From the NCBI GenBank assembly GCA_963714275.1, contig CAVQNT010000006.1, positions 32,001-96,000 of the forward strand: DNA of 64,000 nt, written 5' to 3'. This document shows positions 42,194-52,879 of this stretch, in pieces; the first letter of the stretch is position 1, and every line of letters begins with the position of its first letter. Under the pieces are notes generated by a model that was not told where the DNA came from, made no database searches, and worked only from the letters and a program-made list of their open reading frames with translations. This stretch comes from Candidatus Bathyarchaeota archaeon (GTDB lineage: Archaea; Thermoproteota; Bathyarchaeia; Bathyarchaeales; DTEX01). A program made the translations under genes and the position numbers.

Positions 42194-42970
42194 TCATGTC
42201 AAATCCTCATAAAAATAGCGAAAGTCAGGACGCCAGAAATTGTGAAATGGTTTCAAACCAAACACCTTATCAACGTTAAAGATTTTAATATCCCTCAAGT
42301 AAATTTGCATCAACCTTAACCATCTAGGCACATGAATCACTTGTTTTCTACCCATCATACAAACTTTTTCAGTTCGTTTACCATCAGCAACTATGAAATA
42401 ATTAGCCTTTCTCCAAACTGCAATGTACTTGTAATGACCTTGTAACTCAAAATCAATACCAACGTCCTTTGTGACTTTTTCTGATATTTCCTTAGCCAAA
42501 TCATTTGTTATTCCACTAACGTAAAGGCTATCAGTGTGACCAAGTAAGACCTTGCCATTGTTCTCTTTGATTATCCTTACGATATCTTGTATAACACCCT
42601 CTGTAATCTCGGAAATTTGCCCACCCATGTTAACCATAATGATGTTAAGGTTGTAACATTCAATCATTTGGGCTCTTGTCAAGTTTCCATTGTGGAAGAT
42701 AATTTTGATTGCATCTGGATACATAAGAAGTTCATTTATTGTTATATCCCATCTCTCTGGGCTGGCATAACTATACCTTGCCCAATTCCATACTTGACCA
42801 ACAATGAGCTTATCTCCCGCCCACGCAAATAGGTCAACACCAGCCTCCCAGACTTTGTGTACTTGGACGTTATACCCTAATATGGCAATAACAATTGCAG
42901 ACTACTCTCTCCCCAATACTGCCTGTGTACAAATTATGATACATTTTTTTGGGATAGGAAGGTAACTCAT
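42194..42970 (-). CDS. Mrr-like PD-(D/E)xK domain fused to a family-B DNA polymerase palm-like segment
   Basis: Frame open from 42901 to 42194; N-part GSIGERVVC / ILGYNV...GVDLFA...IVGQVWNW; C-part KVLLGHTDSLYV and FELQGHYKYIAVWRKANY. Confidence 0.55.
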
Positions 42971-43266
42971 TTTTAAGTGTGTCTTCAATAGATGATGTCT
43001 CTATTATTTGGTTTTTATACATTCATTTTTCATCAACTAGTGATTGTACTTTTGTAAGAGGTCACTTATATTGTTTTTGTATATAACTTTACTTATAATC
43101 CGTATAGTTGATGTATTTTCCGTATAGTTCCACAATATTTCAAAAATTTTATAGAGAAAGACAAAAGGAAGTCTACTTTTAGGACTAGGCATAATCGCTC
43201 TGACCTACAGCGCGCGCTAGCAGGACAAATTTCTTTAACTATTAAGAAACTGAAAAAATTGGGAGA

Positions 43267-43437
43267 TTAGATAATGGCTTTTTCCTTAAGGTATTCGCGA
43301 ATGCAGAAGTTCAAAAAGCCCGTTAAGCTCCTTACCCCATTCTTTAACTTTAGTTCTTCCTTGTGTTCATCATAATATTTTCTCGCTCGCTCATAGATCT
43401 CGTCTGGAACTACGATAGGTCTCCAACCATTAGCCAT
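43267..43437 (-). CDS. Small RHH-like DNA-binding protein (56 aa, below the ORF-track cutoff)
   Basis: MANGWRPIVVPDEIYERARKYY...GVRSLTGFLNFCIREYL; GGTGGTGG SD-like sequence upstream. Confidence 0.6.
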   Translation of the reverse strand: MANGWRPIVVPDEIYERARKYYDEHKEELKLKNGVRSLTGFLNFCIREYLKEKAII

Positions 43438-43673
43438 TTATGACCACCACCTTGTTTCAATAAAGATACTACTGCTCATAGTATCGAAACTAATTAAGGT
43501 TCGGAACGAATTTTATAAGCCTTTTTGTTACTAGAAGAATTAGCATTAAAGACTTTCCCCACTCAGCATAAGGAATCAGAACAGGTTTAGATACTCTAGA
43601 AACGTTCATATGTGCGTGAGCTAGACGACTTATTACATTAATTAATAATACATAGTAAACTAACTGTTTGTTT

Positions 43674-44727
43674 CTATATTTTGCAGGCTATTGACCGTTG
43701 TTCTTTTGCTGACTTTAGAGCTGTCTCGGCGACAGCAACCATCCTTTTTACGTTTTCAGGTTTTACCGCAAGCTCCTTCCCGTCGACAAGGTGGCCAGCC
43801 ACGTTCTTGTAAAATTGTTTCCAGTCTCCGCGGATGGTTTGGATTCGCGTTTCTGATATGACTCCGTCTTTAACCGTCCGCACCAAAGGGTAGTTTTCAG
43901 GACTCTCCATCGCTGCATCGATGTTTCCCTTGTTCATCGCTTGCTCCTGAGGGTCAACTCCTGTTTTGGTGAGAGCGCCTAATGTTCCCAGAATGTACCA
44001 TCGAGGTCTGTTAATCCTCGCCATGTCGCCTAGTTCAACGCTGTATGTGAGACCATTTTCAAAATGTATATGGCATTTTATGTAGTTTTCAATGTCGATT
44101 TCTTTTCTCCGCCTAACTGAGAAACAGTAAACACGGTCAACTGGAACCTTGCCTATCTGGATAGCGTGGTCGATCAGGTGGGCTCCCCAATCGTAAAGGG
44201 GTCCCCCGCCCAACTCTTTGACACTTCGCCACCTTGACGGGTCAAACTTTTCGTTGTACCACATTATAGATTCCTCGACAAGGAACGGTTCGCCGAGGAG
44301 ACCTTCGTCAAGAATTTTCCTCACGGTCAAGTAGTCTCCGTCCCACCGTCTGTTGTGGAACACAGTAAGCATGACATTGTTTCTTTTGCTTACCTCAATC
44401 ATGGCGTCGGCTTCAAGCGCGTTCATGCACATGATTTTCTCCACAACAACATGCTTGCCAGCTTCCATGGCTTTTATTGACAATTCGGAGTGCGTGTTGT
44501 GAGGCGTAGCCACAACGACGAGATGAATATTCTTCGTCCTTCAACATGTTGTCAACGTCACTGAAGGTCTTCACGCCATACTCCTTCTCAGCCTGCTTCC
44601 TTCTCTCAGGATTTCGAACGCACACTGCGTAAAGCTTCAGCCGTTTCTCGAGACTAATCAGGTACGAATGAAAGTTCCTTCCCGAATACCCGTACCCTAT
44701 TATGCCGACATTTATTGGCGGTTCCAT
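43674..44727 (-). CDS. Gfo/Idh/MocA family oxidoreductase (frameshift near 44520)
   Basis: VGIIGYGYSG, ATPHNTH, VVVEK, VFHNRRWDGD, DWGAHLID. Confidence 0.88.
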
Positions 44728-44738
44728 TTCTTTTCCTC

Positions 44739-46123
44739 CTAAACCATGACCGTCTCTATACCGAGGAACTTGCAAGCGTCTGACAAAGGCTTGCGTGTAA
44801 TCTCCGTGAATCATGCTGGCGTGGTGAACAAACCCCCCTTCAACTAAAGTTCGGTATAATTTATCAAGGTCAGGGACTTTAACCCAGCTTCCAGTCTGCG
44901 GAACTGGCTCATCTGCTATGACTTCGCCCTTTGTAACGAGGAGCTTAAACATTCCGTCGTACTCAACTAAACGGCAAATCGTGACCATGCCCGTCTTCAG
45001 CTTGAATGAGCCTTGCCCAATGCTGGTTACTTGAACTTTGCAGCCTTCACAAGCAAGGGTTGGAGGCGCATTTCCGCAGTGCCAAGCCAAAAAAACGTCT
45101 TTAAGGGTTGGGTGCTGAACAGTCCAGTCGATGAAGTGCGGAATCGAAGACTGCAAAGTTACGAGATACTGCAGAACCATCGAAAGCGCACCGTAAACAT
45201 CAGCTTCGCACGAGGACATGACCCCTTGATCCGTCAGCCGCCCCATCGTATGGCATGGCAAAACGCCGTAGGATCTGATCGTCGTAGGCCAGCATCTTAT
45301 GCCCATTCCCGCCAGTTTTCTTTCCTTAGCGAATCTGCGAAGCGCGCACTCAAGCCTCGCCATCTTTTCCAGAACGCCTTTACCTAAACTCGATGTCTCG
45401 GATTGGCTGCCGATTTCCCGAATTGTTTCTTGCAGTTCAGAATCGTTTTCAGGTATTTCGTTAGCCGCGAAGAATATGTCCGCGGACGAGACAGGGACAA
45501 CTCTTTGCTCGAACTCTTTCAGCAAGGCAACCTCGTTGAACGCGCAGGTCTCGAACCTTTCAGGTCTAGGACCAACCAGACCAATTTTTGCGCCACGGAA
45601 GCCATCAACAACGTTACAAACGTGCACAAAATTCAGCGCAGAGTCTTTGAAGGCGGGTTCTTCAGGTAGGCAGACTCCTGCGAACAGGAAAGGAAGGTTT
45701 CTTCGATGCAGTCCTGAAGATATGGACAGTGTTCCGCAAAAGGAGTCGCGCCTGTCTCTTCCAGTTACGGTTGGTTCCTCCTTAACGGCAAAAAGCAGTT
45801 TGGGGCATTTCGGAAACGCTGACGCCACTGATACAGGCTGAGATTTCGTCACCGAAGTTCATGGCTCCAATTATTATCCCCTTAATCTTTACTTGTTTGA
45901 ACAGTTCAATGGTTTTTTCCGCGTCCTCATCGTCTCGGACAAGACCGTTACGGGCTAATTTTTCATCTGGGGCAACGATTTCCAAATCCTCAATACTGGA
46001 TAGAACTTTCAACGTTCGGTTCCGCATGTCGCATGAGATGTCGTCTCTGAACATCGCCCGATGCGACGGAATAAAACCAATTTTTACGTTCTTCAAATCA
46101 GTTGTCCTCCGAGACAGAATCAA
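44739..46123 (-). CDS. L-fucose/L-arabinose isomerase-family protein (frameshifts)
   Basis: NFGDE, RRDSFCG, GPRPERFETC, IRCWP, CEAD, WHCG, FVHH. Confidence 0.82.
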
Positions 46124-46234
46124 AGATATTATACATATATGATGCCTATTATTGCCTTTAAAGTTTCATAAACAATTGCAAGTGTAAAAATAGTGTTGCC
46201 TTTTTTCACCAGAAGGTAATTGAAGGCTAAAATG

Positions 46235-47017
46235 CTATTCCAGTTCCTTAAAAGCCTTTTCAACACTGCAGTCTTCGTGAATAACCCTATAAACAGCCTT
46301 ACAAATCTTTCTTGGACTGGCGTGCTGAGTTATCCTTCTTCCAAAAGCCGAGCCTGATGCTCCGTTGTCAATCGCGCCCCTAATCATCTCAAGAGTCTCC
46401 TTGTCCGTTGTCGCAGGACCGCCCGCTATGATAACTGGTACAGGGCATGCCTTCGTGGCTTCAATGAAAACTTGGGGGTCACCGTATATCTTCACGATGT
46501 CTGCTCCCAACGAAACCGCTTGCCTTACAGCAATCTTCAAAATTTCAGGTCGCGAATCTTTCTCGCCTTTCTCCATCGGAACAGGCTCGAAGAGGAACGG
46601 TATTCCCCTTCTGTCGCACTCATCAGCTATCTCTGTCACCTTAATTGTTGGGAGCTCTCTGAACGGACCGAAATAGTGAACCTTCACGCCGTCCGCTCCT
46701 ATCTTGGACGCTAATTTCACTAACCATGGAGCTTCAACAGGAATAGTCAGCATGAAAGGAAGCTTGCCGACGATGTGTTTATAGTACTGCTTCAGGATTC
46801 CATAAGTTACTAGTACAGCGTCAGCTCCGCCAGCTACTACATCATCGAACACTTCGTTCCATGGTCTATCCCACAAAGCCTCCATGGGAACAATAAGCGT
46901 CCTTCCGTCTGGCTTGAGAATTCTTCCCAATCTTACACTTTTACCTATGTTGCTCAGATGCATTCCTCTCTTTACATTGCTCATTTCTTGAACAGCTTCT
47001 CGTATAAAGTTTTTCAC
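46235..47017 (-). CDS. Class I (DhnA/LsrF-type) aldolase (start probably 46963)
   Basis: GKSVRLGRI, SLGADIVKI (Schiff-base Lys), PVIIAGG, GSAFGR. Confidence 0.85.
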   Translation of the reverse strand: MKNFIREAVQEMSNVKRGMHLSNIGKSVRLGRILKPDGRTLIVPMEALWDRPWNEVFDDVVAGGADAVLVTYGILKQYYKHIVGKLPFMLTIPVEAPWLVKLASKIGADGVKVHYFGPFRELPTIKVTEIADECDRRGIPFLFEPVPMEKGEKDSRPEILKIAVRQAVSLGADIVKIYGDPQVFIEATKACPVPVIIAGGPATTDKETLEMIRGAIDNGASGSAFGRRITQHASPRKICKAVYRVIHEDCSVEKAFKELE

Positions 47018-47029
47018 AAACCATTATAA

Positions 47030-47926
47030 TTAAGGATTCTGGTGTTCCTCAATGAAGGTTAAAACTTCCTCAAGTGTCGGAATCCCCGCTCTTCCGCCAA
47101 GTTTCGTGCATTTCAAAGCTGAAACCGCGCTGGCGAACTCGGCGGTTTTCTGGACATCCCATCCTTGAATGATTCCATAAGCGAAGGCGCCGTGAAAAAC
47201 GTCCCCTGCACCTGTGGTGTCAACAACCTTGACTTTGAAGGCTTTCTGCCTGACTATTTTTCCTTCAGTTTTATATATGCTGCCTTTGGAGCCTAACGTA
47301 ATTCCGACTATTCTGTACCCGTTCTTTGACAGTTTTTCAACAGCCTTAAGCGAGTCATTCGTATTCGTCACTGCGTAGGCGTGTTCCTCTCCGCAAATAG
47401 CTATGTCAACGAACCTTTCTAATCCACCAGTTGCCAACCCATCAACCAAAACGGGTATGCTTGCTTCCTTCGCCATCTTCGCTGCCTCGACCATTACGTG
47501 TCCGCCGCCAGCGAGAAACACCATTTTCGAATTAAAAACATACTCTTTTTCAGCCTCTGCCAATTTCGGCGGTGGCAGGTTTGAAGGGAGGATCATGAAA
47601 ACTCTTTCGCCTGTTTCGACTTCAACTAAGACTACGACGCATGGGCTTGTGGTTCCCTTTTCCACAACAATGTGGCTGGTGTCCACACCATATTTTTTGT
47701 ATTCGCTCAGAATCACGTTTCCCCAATGGTCATCGCCCACGTTCCCCACGTACCCGACTTTTGCACCAAGTTTAGCCATCGCGACAAGCCCTGTTGAGAC
47801 GGGTCCTCCTCCTTGAATGTCGAAGTTCAGCACCTGCGTATGGCGGTGTTCCTTAAAGGACGGCATGTTCTTTATACGCAGAAGAAGATCGACGCAATGA
47901 AAACCTAAGCCGACACAGTCAAGCAT
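47030..47926 (-). CDS. PfkB/ribokinase-family sugar kinase
   Basis: GGGPVSTG, VGDD, VDTTGAGDVFHGA, LGGRAGIP. Confidence 0.9.
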   Translation of the reverse strand: MLDCVGLGFHCVDLLLRIKNMPSFKEHRHTQVLNFDIQGGGPVSTGLVAMAKLGAKVGYVGNVGDDHWGNVILSEYKKYGVDTSHIVVEKGTTSPCVVVLVEVETGERVFMILPSNLPPPKLAEAEKEYVFNSKMVFLAGGGHVMVEAAKMAKEASIPVLVDGLATGGLERFVDIAICGEEHAYAVTNTNDSLKAVEKLSKNGYRIVGITLGSKGSIYKTEGKIVRQKAFKVKVVDTTGAGDVFHGAFAYGIIQGWDVQKTAEFASAVSALKCTKLGGRAGIPTLEEVLTFIEEHQNP

Positions 47927-48345
47927 GTTCTATCCACAGCGTTCTTCTCGTTTAAGCTAATATTTTTATTCTTTTACATAGTAAATATTAGTGATTCTTC
48001 GGATTTTAGGTAACCTCTTGATAAGCATTTCCGCTTTAACTAAAGATAAAAATTCCTGACTCAAACATGGAAATAAAGATTTTTCATACCTCAATGAATG
48101 AACGTTTCCAATGTTTGCGCCCCAAAACAACAGAACAAATGCGCCGCAAAACAAGACAGGTCTTCACAGATGATAGCTATTGTCATGCAAACTGAAAACC
48201 GAATATTACATAAATCAGAACAGGTCTAAAACGATACCGTTGTCGTTCAAAAAGCAAATTCAGATGATGAACAAATCAGACCAGCCAGAAACGCAACAAA
48301 TCGATGCACTGTCAAAAATCCCATATATTGAAACCTATTCTTCTT

Positions 48346-49053
48346 TCACACAGAAACCTTGAACAACAAGGCGTGTCCAGTTTTTCCAGTCACCTGTAAG
48401 GCACCCATTTCGCGGAGAGAGTAAGTCATCCGCCTTGCCAGACGCAACGAGATTCCGAGGCACTCAGCAAGCTGCTTACTCGTGAAAGGTTGAGCCAAAG
48501 CGTCAGGCAGAAAGCAAAGAAAGTCATTGACGCACCTGAAAATGGTGCTGTCAACCACTTTTTTAAGGTTATGGTCTTTTATGCTGACTCCTCGCCGTCG
48601 CCAGCTTCCGCGACCATCGTTGCAACGAATCTCTTCTTCCTCAACCATAAGGACTTCCAGCTCGAAATTCTCTTCCTTAACGAGCCGTGGAATCCGAACC
48701 AGCTCGTCGAATACGTCAATTAACATGCCCTTTTTTGGAGAAAGCCTCCGTTTCATTGGGCTTCCTCTGGTTTTGTCAACATAAACGATCCTTTTACGCT
48801 CAGCGATCGGGTAAACCAGGCGTACACGGTGCTTCTCGACTAGGCTGCAAAGTTTCTCTCGGATAGCTGAGAAATTTCGGGTTTGGACCTCAATCAAAAG
48901 ATCGTCGCGAACAATGTCCACAATGAAGCCGTCCACTTCAACCTCGAACTTGTCTCCTGGCATGGCAATCCAGTTTTTGACTGCTGAATGTAATGACCTT
49001 TCGTTCCCAAAGCTGGCGATGTTCAAAGCCAAAGTCCACACTTGTCTGCGCAT
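48346..49053 (-). CDS. Conserved PD-(D/E)xK-fold protein with C-terminal HTH
   Basis: ERSLH...VDIV...IEVQTRNF; FTSKQLAECLGIS. Confidence 0.65.
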   Translation of the reverse strand: MRRQVWTLALNIASFGNERSLHSAVKNWIAMPGDKFEVEVDGFIVDIVRDDLLIEVQTRNFSAIREKLCSLVEKHRVRLVYPIAERKRIVYVDKTRGSPMKRRLSPKKGMLIDVFDELVRIPRLVKEENFELEVLMVEEEEIRCNDGRGSWRRRGVSIKDHNLKKVVDSTIFRCVNDFLCFLPDALAQPFTSKQLAECLGISLRLARRMTYSLREMGALQVTGKTGHALLFKVSV

Positions 49054-49225
49054 TCAACCTAGTTGAGGATACTTAAAACTCACAAAATATGAAGGTTACT
49101 AATATACAGGCATATACAATAGATTAGATAAGTTTAAATTGTCAATCCTCATTCATTCATTGAAAACCAAAAAATAACCTTAATCCAACCTGACAAAAAA
49201 TTACATCAAAAAGGTCATCATTTGG

Positions 49226-49894
49226 GTGAAAGACTTGAGCAGACGGAAACGAGGAGCACCACGCAAAGAAGACAGAACGAAAAGGCTTCAGGAATGGAAG
49301 CCACGTACACAACTTGGCAGGCTAGTCGTAGAAGGCAAAATTAATTCGCTGGAAGAAAGCTTCGCCGAAGGCATGAAGATCCGCGAATCCCAGATAGTGG
49401 ACATGCTTCTTCCAAACATAGAAGAAGAAGTCATTAACGTAAGCCTAGTTCAGAAACAATCCGACGCTGGCGAAAAATCAAGGTTCAAAGCCATAGTTGT
49501 TGTCGGAAACCGAGACGGATACCTTGGATTAGGCGCAGGGAAAGCCACCCAAGTTCGAAATGCAATTGAGAAGGCATCTGTTGACGCCCGGCTTAACATA
49601 ACAATTGTTAGAAGAGGATGCGGAAGCTGGGAATGCGGATGCGGACTACCTCACAGCCTACCATTCGAAACTGTTGGTAAACGAGGCTCAGTTAGAGTTA
49701 AAATCATTCCTGGTCCAAGAGGTTTAGGACTGGTCGCAAGTGAAGGCGCTAAATCAATCCTTAAACTCGCAGGAGTAAGAGACTGCTGGACAAAAAGTTA
49801 CGGTTCAACAAGAACGGTTCCTAGCTTCGCCTACGCGGTTTTTGATGCGCTCAAAAAAACTTTTGAAATGGTCACGCCAAAAGATTGGGTGTAA
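49226..49894 (+). CDS. rpsE: 30S ribosomal protein uS5
   Basis: WKPRTQLGRLV, VQKQSDAGEKSRF, RRGCGSWECGCG, PGPRGLGLV. Confidence 0.97.
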   Translation: MKDLSRRKRGAPRKEDRTKRLQEWKPRTQLGRLVVEGKINSLEESFAEGMKIRESQIVDMLLPNIEEEVINVSLVQKQSDAGEKSRFKAIVVVGNRDGYLGLGAGKATQVRNAIEKASVDARLNITIVRRGCGSWECGCGLPHSLPFETVGKRGSVRVKIIPGPRGLGLVASEGAKSILKLAGVRDCWTKSYGSTRTVPSFAYAVFDALKKTFEMVTPKDWV

Positions 49895-49899
49895 CATAA

Positions 49900-50381
49900 A
49901 TGGAAAAAGCTCAAAAATGTTTGGCTGTCATCCGAATTCGCGGCACAATCGACTTAAGGGGCGAAACCAACGACACAATGAAGATGTTGAATCTGAACTA
50001 TAACTGTAACGCCACTCTCATTGATGACCGACCAAAGCTACTTAGGCATGCTGCATAAAGCGCAAAGTTACATTGCGTGGGGAGAGCCAACGGTTGAAAT
50101 AATCACTCAGACTTTTAAAGGCAAGGGGCAGAACCAAAGGCAACAGGAAACTCACGGACGAATATACCCAGCAACTTGGGTACGAAACCGTGGAAAAGCT
50201 CGCAGAAGCTTTACATGGAAACAAGGTTGAGCTTAAAAACCTTAAAGACGTGAAACCTGTCTTCCGCCTTCATCCCCCAAAAAAAGGATACAAAAAAACT
50301 GTCAAAAAAAGCTTCCAAGCAGGCGGAGAAACTGGGTATCGGGGAGAAGCTATAAATGAACTCATTAAACGCATGACCTGA
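49900..50381 (+). CDS. rpmD: 50S ribosomal protein uL30 (frameshifts)
   Basis: LAVIRIRG, YIAWGEP, VFRLHPPKKG, GETGYRGEAIN. Confidence 0.93.
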
Positions 50382-50405
50382 AATGATTGAAAGAGGAATT
50401 ATGGA

Positions 50406-50837
50406 ATGCCACACAAGCTCAGAAAGGTAAGAAAAATGCGCGGTTCAAGAACTCATGGATGGGGGCAGATTGGGCAGCATAGAAGAAGCGGGTCCAGAGG
50501 TGGAAAAGGGCACGCTGGGATGCATAAGCACAGATGGAGCTACATTCAAAGGTATGAGCCTGACCACTTCAGTAAAGACAAGTTTAAACCTCCGAACCAG
50601 ACGGAATCCAACATCATAAACTTGAAGCAACTCGAAGAAATCGCCTACAAGATGCAGCAAGCAAGTAAAGGCAAACGCGAAAAAGTATCGATTGACCTGA
50701 AAGAAATGGGTTACGACAAACTTTTAGGCTCAGGAAAAATTTCGGTTCCCATATCAGTCAAAGTCCCGTCATGCTCTGAAGTGGCTAAGAAAAAAATTGA
50801 AGAATCAAATGGCGAAGTAATAACTGAAGCTGCCTAA
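50406..50837 (+). CDS. rplO: 50S ribosomal protein uL15
   Basis: RGSRTHGWG, GSRGGKGHAG, GYDKLLGSG. Confidence 0.97.
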   Translation: MPHKLRKVRKMRGSRTHGWGQIGQHRRSGSRGGKGHAGMHKHRWSYIQRYEPDHFSKDKFKPPNQTESNIINLKQLEEIAYKMQQASKGKREKVSIDLKEMGYDKLLGSGKISVPISVKVPSCSEVAKKKIEESNGEVITEAA

Positions 50838-50925
50838 TTCCGCGTTTCAAATGTACACGTAACGCAACACATATAGTTACCTGAGCATAAACCAAGATAC
50901 TGAAAGCCACTGAGGGAAAAAAAGG

Positions 50926-52351
50926 TTGCCTGGAAGATTCCTCAAAACGTTTGAACCCGTAATGAAGGTCATCCCCGAAGTTAGGGCTCCAGAACGGAAA
51001 GTTGGGTTCAACGAAAAAATCTTTTGGACAGCCATGGCCCTAATAATCTACCTGGTTATGAGTTATGTTCCTCTTTACGGGCTTCAGACAACGCAGGAAA
51101 CATCAGCGATGCGTATAATTTTTGCCTCAACCAAAGGCTCACTGATGGAACTCGGCATTGGTCCCATTGTTACAGCAGGCTTGATTCTTCAGATGCTTGC
51201 TGGCTCAAACTTCATCAATGTCGATTTCTCTAATCCTGAAGATCGCTCCTTGTTTACTGGCGTAAGCAAAATTTTCTCAATAATTCTCACGGGGTTTCAA
51301 GCTTCAGCTTATTTGATATGGGGGATCTACAGCACCTTGCCCATGGTTCAATCGATTGTGATCTTCACCGAACTGATGATTGCAGGAATATTACTAATGC
51401 TCCTCGACGAGATGGTTCAAAAGGGGTGGGGAATAGGAAGCGGAATTAGTCTGTTCATACTTGCGGGTGTGTCACAAACCATAATGTTGTCATGTTTCCA
51501 ATACTACACTGTAGGCGAATCAGGCGGGTTTTCGAGACCCTTTGGCATTATAGCGGCCTTAATCAAGACTTTGGTTTCAGGCGGCTCAATAGACAGACTC
51601 ATCCTTAGCTCCTCTGGATGGCCAAGCATAACGGGTCTTTTTACAACCATCGGGGTTTTCCTTTTCGTGATTTATGTTCAGGGCATAAAGGTTGAACTCC
51701 CAATCGCCCACGCCCAGTTCCGTGGGTTCAGAGGTAAATACCCAATCAGCCTTCTTTATGTTTCGAACCTGCCAGTTATCTTCGCCTCAGACTCTCTTCG
51801 GAAACGTTGTTTTATGGTCTCAACTCCTTTGGAACAACTACAAAGAAAGCAGCTGGGCTTCCATAATAGGCATCTTTGGATCTTTCAACCAAACAGAAGG
51901 CAACCTTGTCCCCACGGGAGGGCTTGCTTACTATGTGACCGCTCCAACGCGAGGATTCGTTGATGTAATGGGAAATCCCTACAGGTACATCATTTATGCA
52001 GCGATACTTGTCGTGTTCTGCATCATCTTCTCCATAATCTGGCTTCAGGTAGGAGGATTAGACCCGAAAACGGTCGCGCAACAACTTGTCGACTCGGGAA
52101 TGCAGATACCAGGGTTCAGAAGGTCCGAAAGACCGATTGAGTCTCTGCTGAAAAAGTATATTCCAGCAGTAACAGTGCTTGGGGGCTTAATAGTGGGATT
52201 ACTGGCAGTGATAGCTGACTTTTTTGGCGCATTCGGAACAGGCACAGGTATTCTTTTGTCGGTTGGCATTGTTTACCAGTATTACCAGCAGCTGATGCAG
52301 GAACGTGTCGAAGATATGTATCCAGGTTTAAGACGATTCCTTGGAGGCTAA
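50926..52351 (+). CDS. secY: Preprotein translocase SecY/Sec61alpha (frameshift near 51790)
   Basis: LMELGIGPIVTAG, GWGIGSGISLFI, YVSNLPVIF, IPGFRR, GTGTGILL. Confidence 0.97.
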
Positions 52352-52357
52352 ACAGGA

Positions 52358-52876
52358 TTGTACAATACACCAATTTTTTATGCGCTCGTCGTGTTTCTCG
52401 TGACATTCGTTAGTTCGCTTGCTTCATTTTTTATTAGGCTTAGGTTCGCAAACCCGCAGGACACAGCCAAATGGCAAGAAGAAATGAAAAGGTATAACTC
52501 AGACAAAGAAGCAGCCAAAAAGACGGGTGACAAAAGCTTACCGCGCAGTTGAGGAAGCAGGAAAAACGAATCAGCCAAATCCAATCTAAGATGATGAAGG
52601 GGCAGCTGAATCAGCATGGTCGTGATAATGATAATGTTTTTTGCCATGTGGCAGGTTCTCGGCTCCTATATTTTAGGCAAAAAAGTGGCCTTTTCGCCGT
52701 TCTTCATTCCGTTCTTGATGGATGCGAATAGTACACTGCCCTACGAGATGCCGTTCGTCGCTTGGTACTTCATCTGTTCGTTCTTTTCAAGTACACTGCT
52801 TCAACGCTTCTTCGGAACGGGTTCCGGAATAGGATCTCGAGCTTGGAACAACAAAATAGAGCTTGGCGAGGACTAA
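52358..52876 (+). CDS. EMC3/TMCO1 (DUF106, Oxa1 superfamily) membrane protein (frameshifts)
   Basis: TM, coiled coil and TM, WYFICS; conserved position after secY. Confidence 0.8.
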
Positions 52877-52879
52877 ACA

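Larger units (their letters stand above)
27600..43450. mobile_element. Integrated provirus-like element/island (boundaries approximate; possibly two nested or adjacent elements)
   Basis: Dense small regulators and Zn-finger genes, HK97-type head module, AbiV, tyrosine recombinase; flanked by tRNA-Thr and core metabolic genes; no att repeat identified. Confidence 0.75.

Noticed and set aside
44413-45852. Apparent isomerase-oxidoreductase fusion in the ORF track (479 aa)
   Set aside because: Produced by a frameshift near 44780; a proper stop (44739) and an SD plus ATG (44727) separate the two genes
50907-50916. GCCACTGAGG match to the tRNA-Thr 5' end as attR
   Set aside because: Only about 10 bp and inside the core ribosomal operon; consistent with chance
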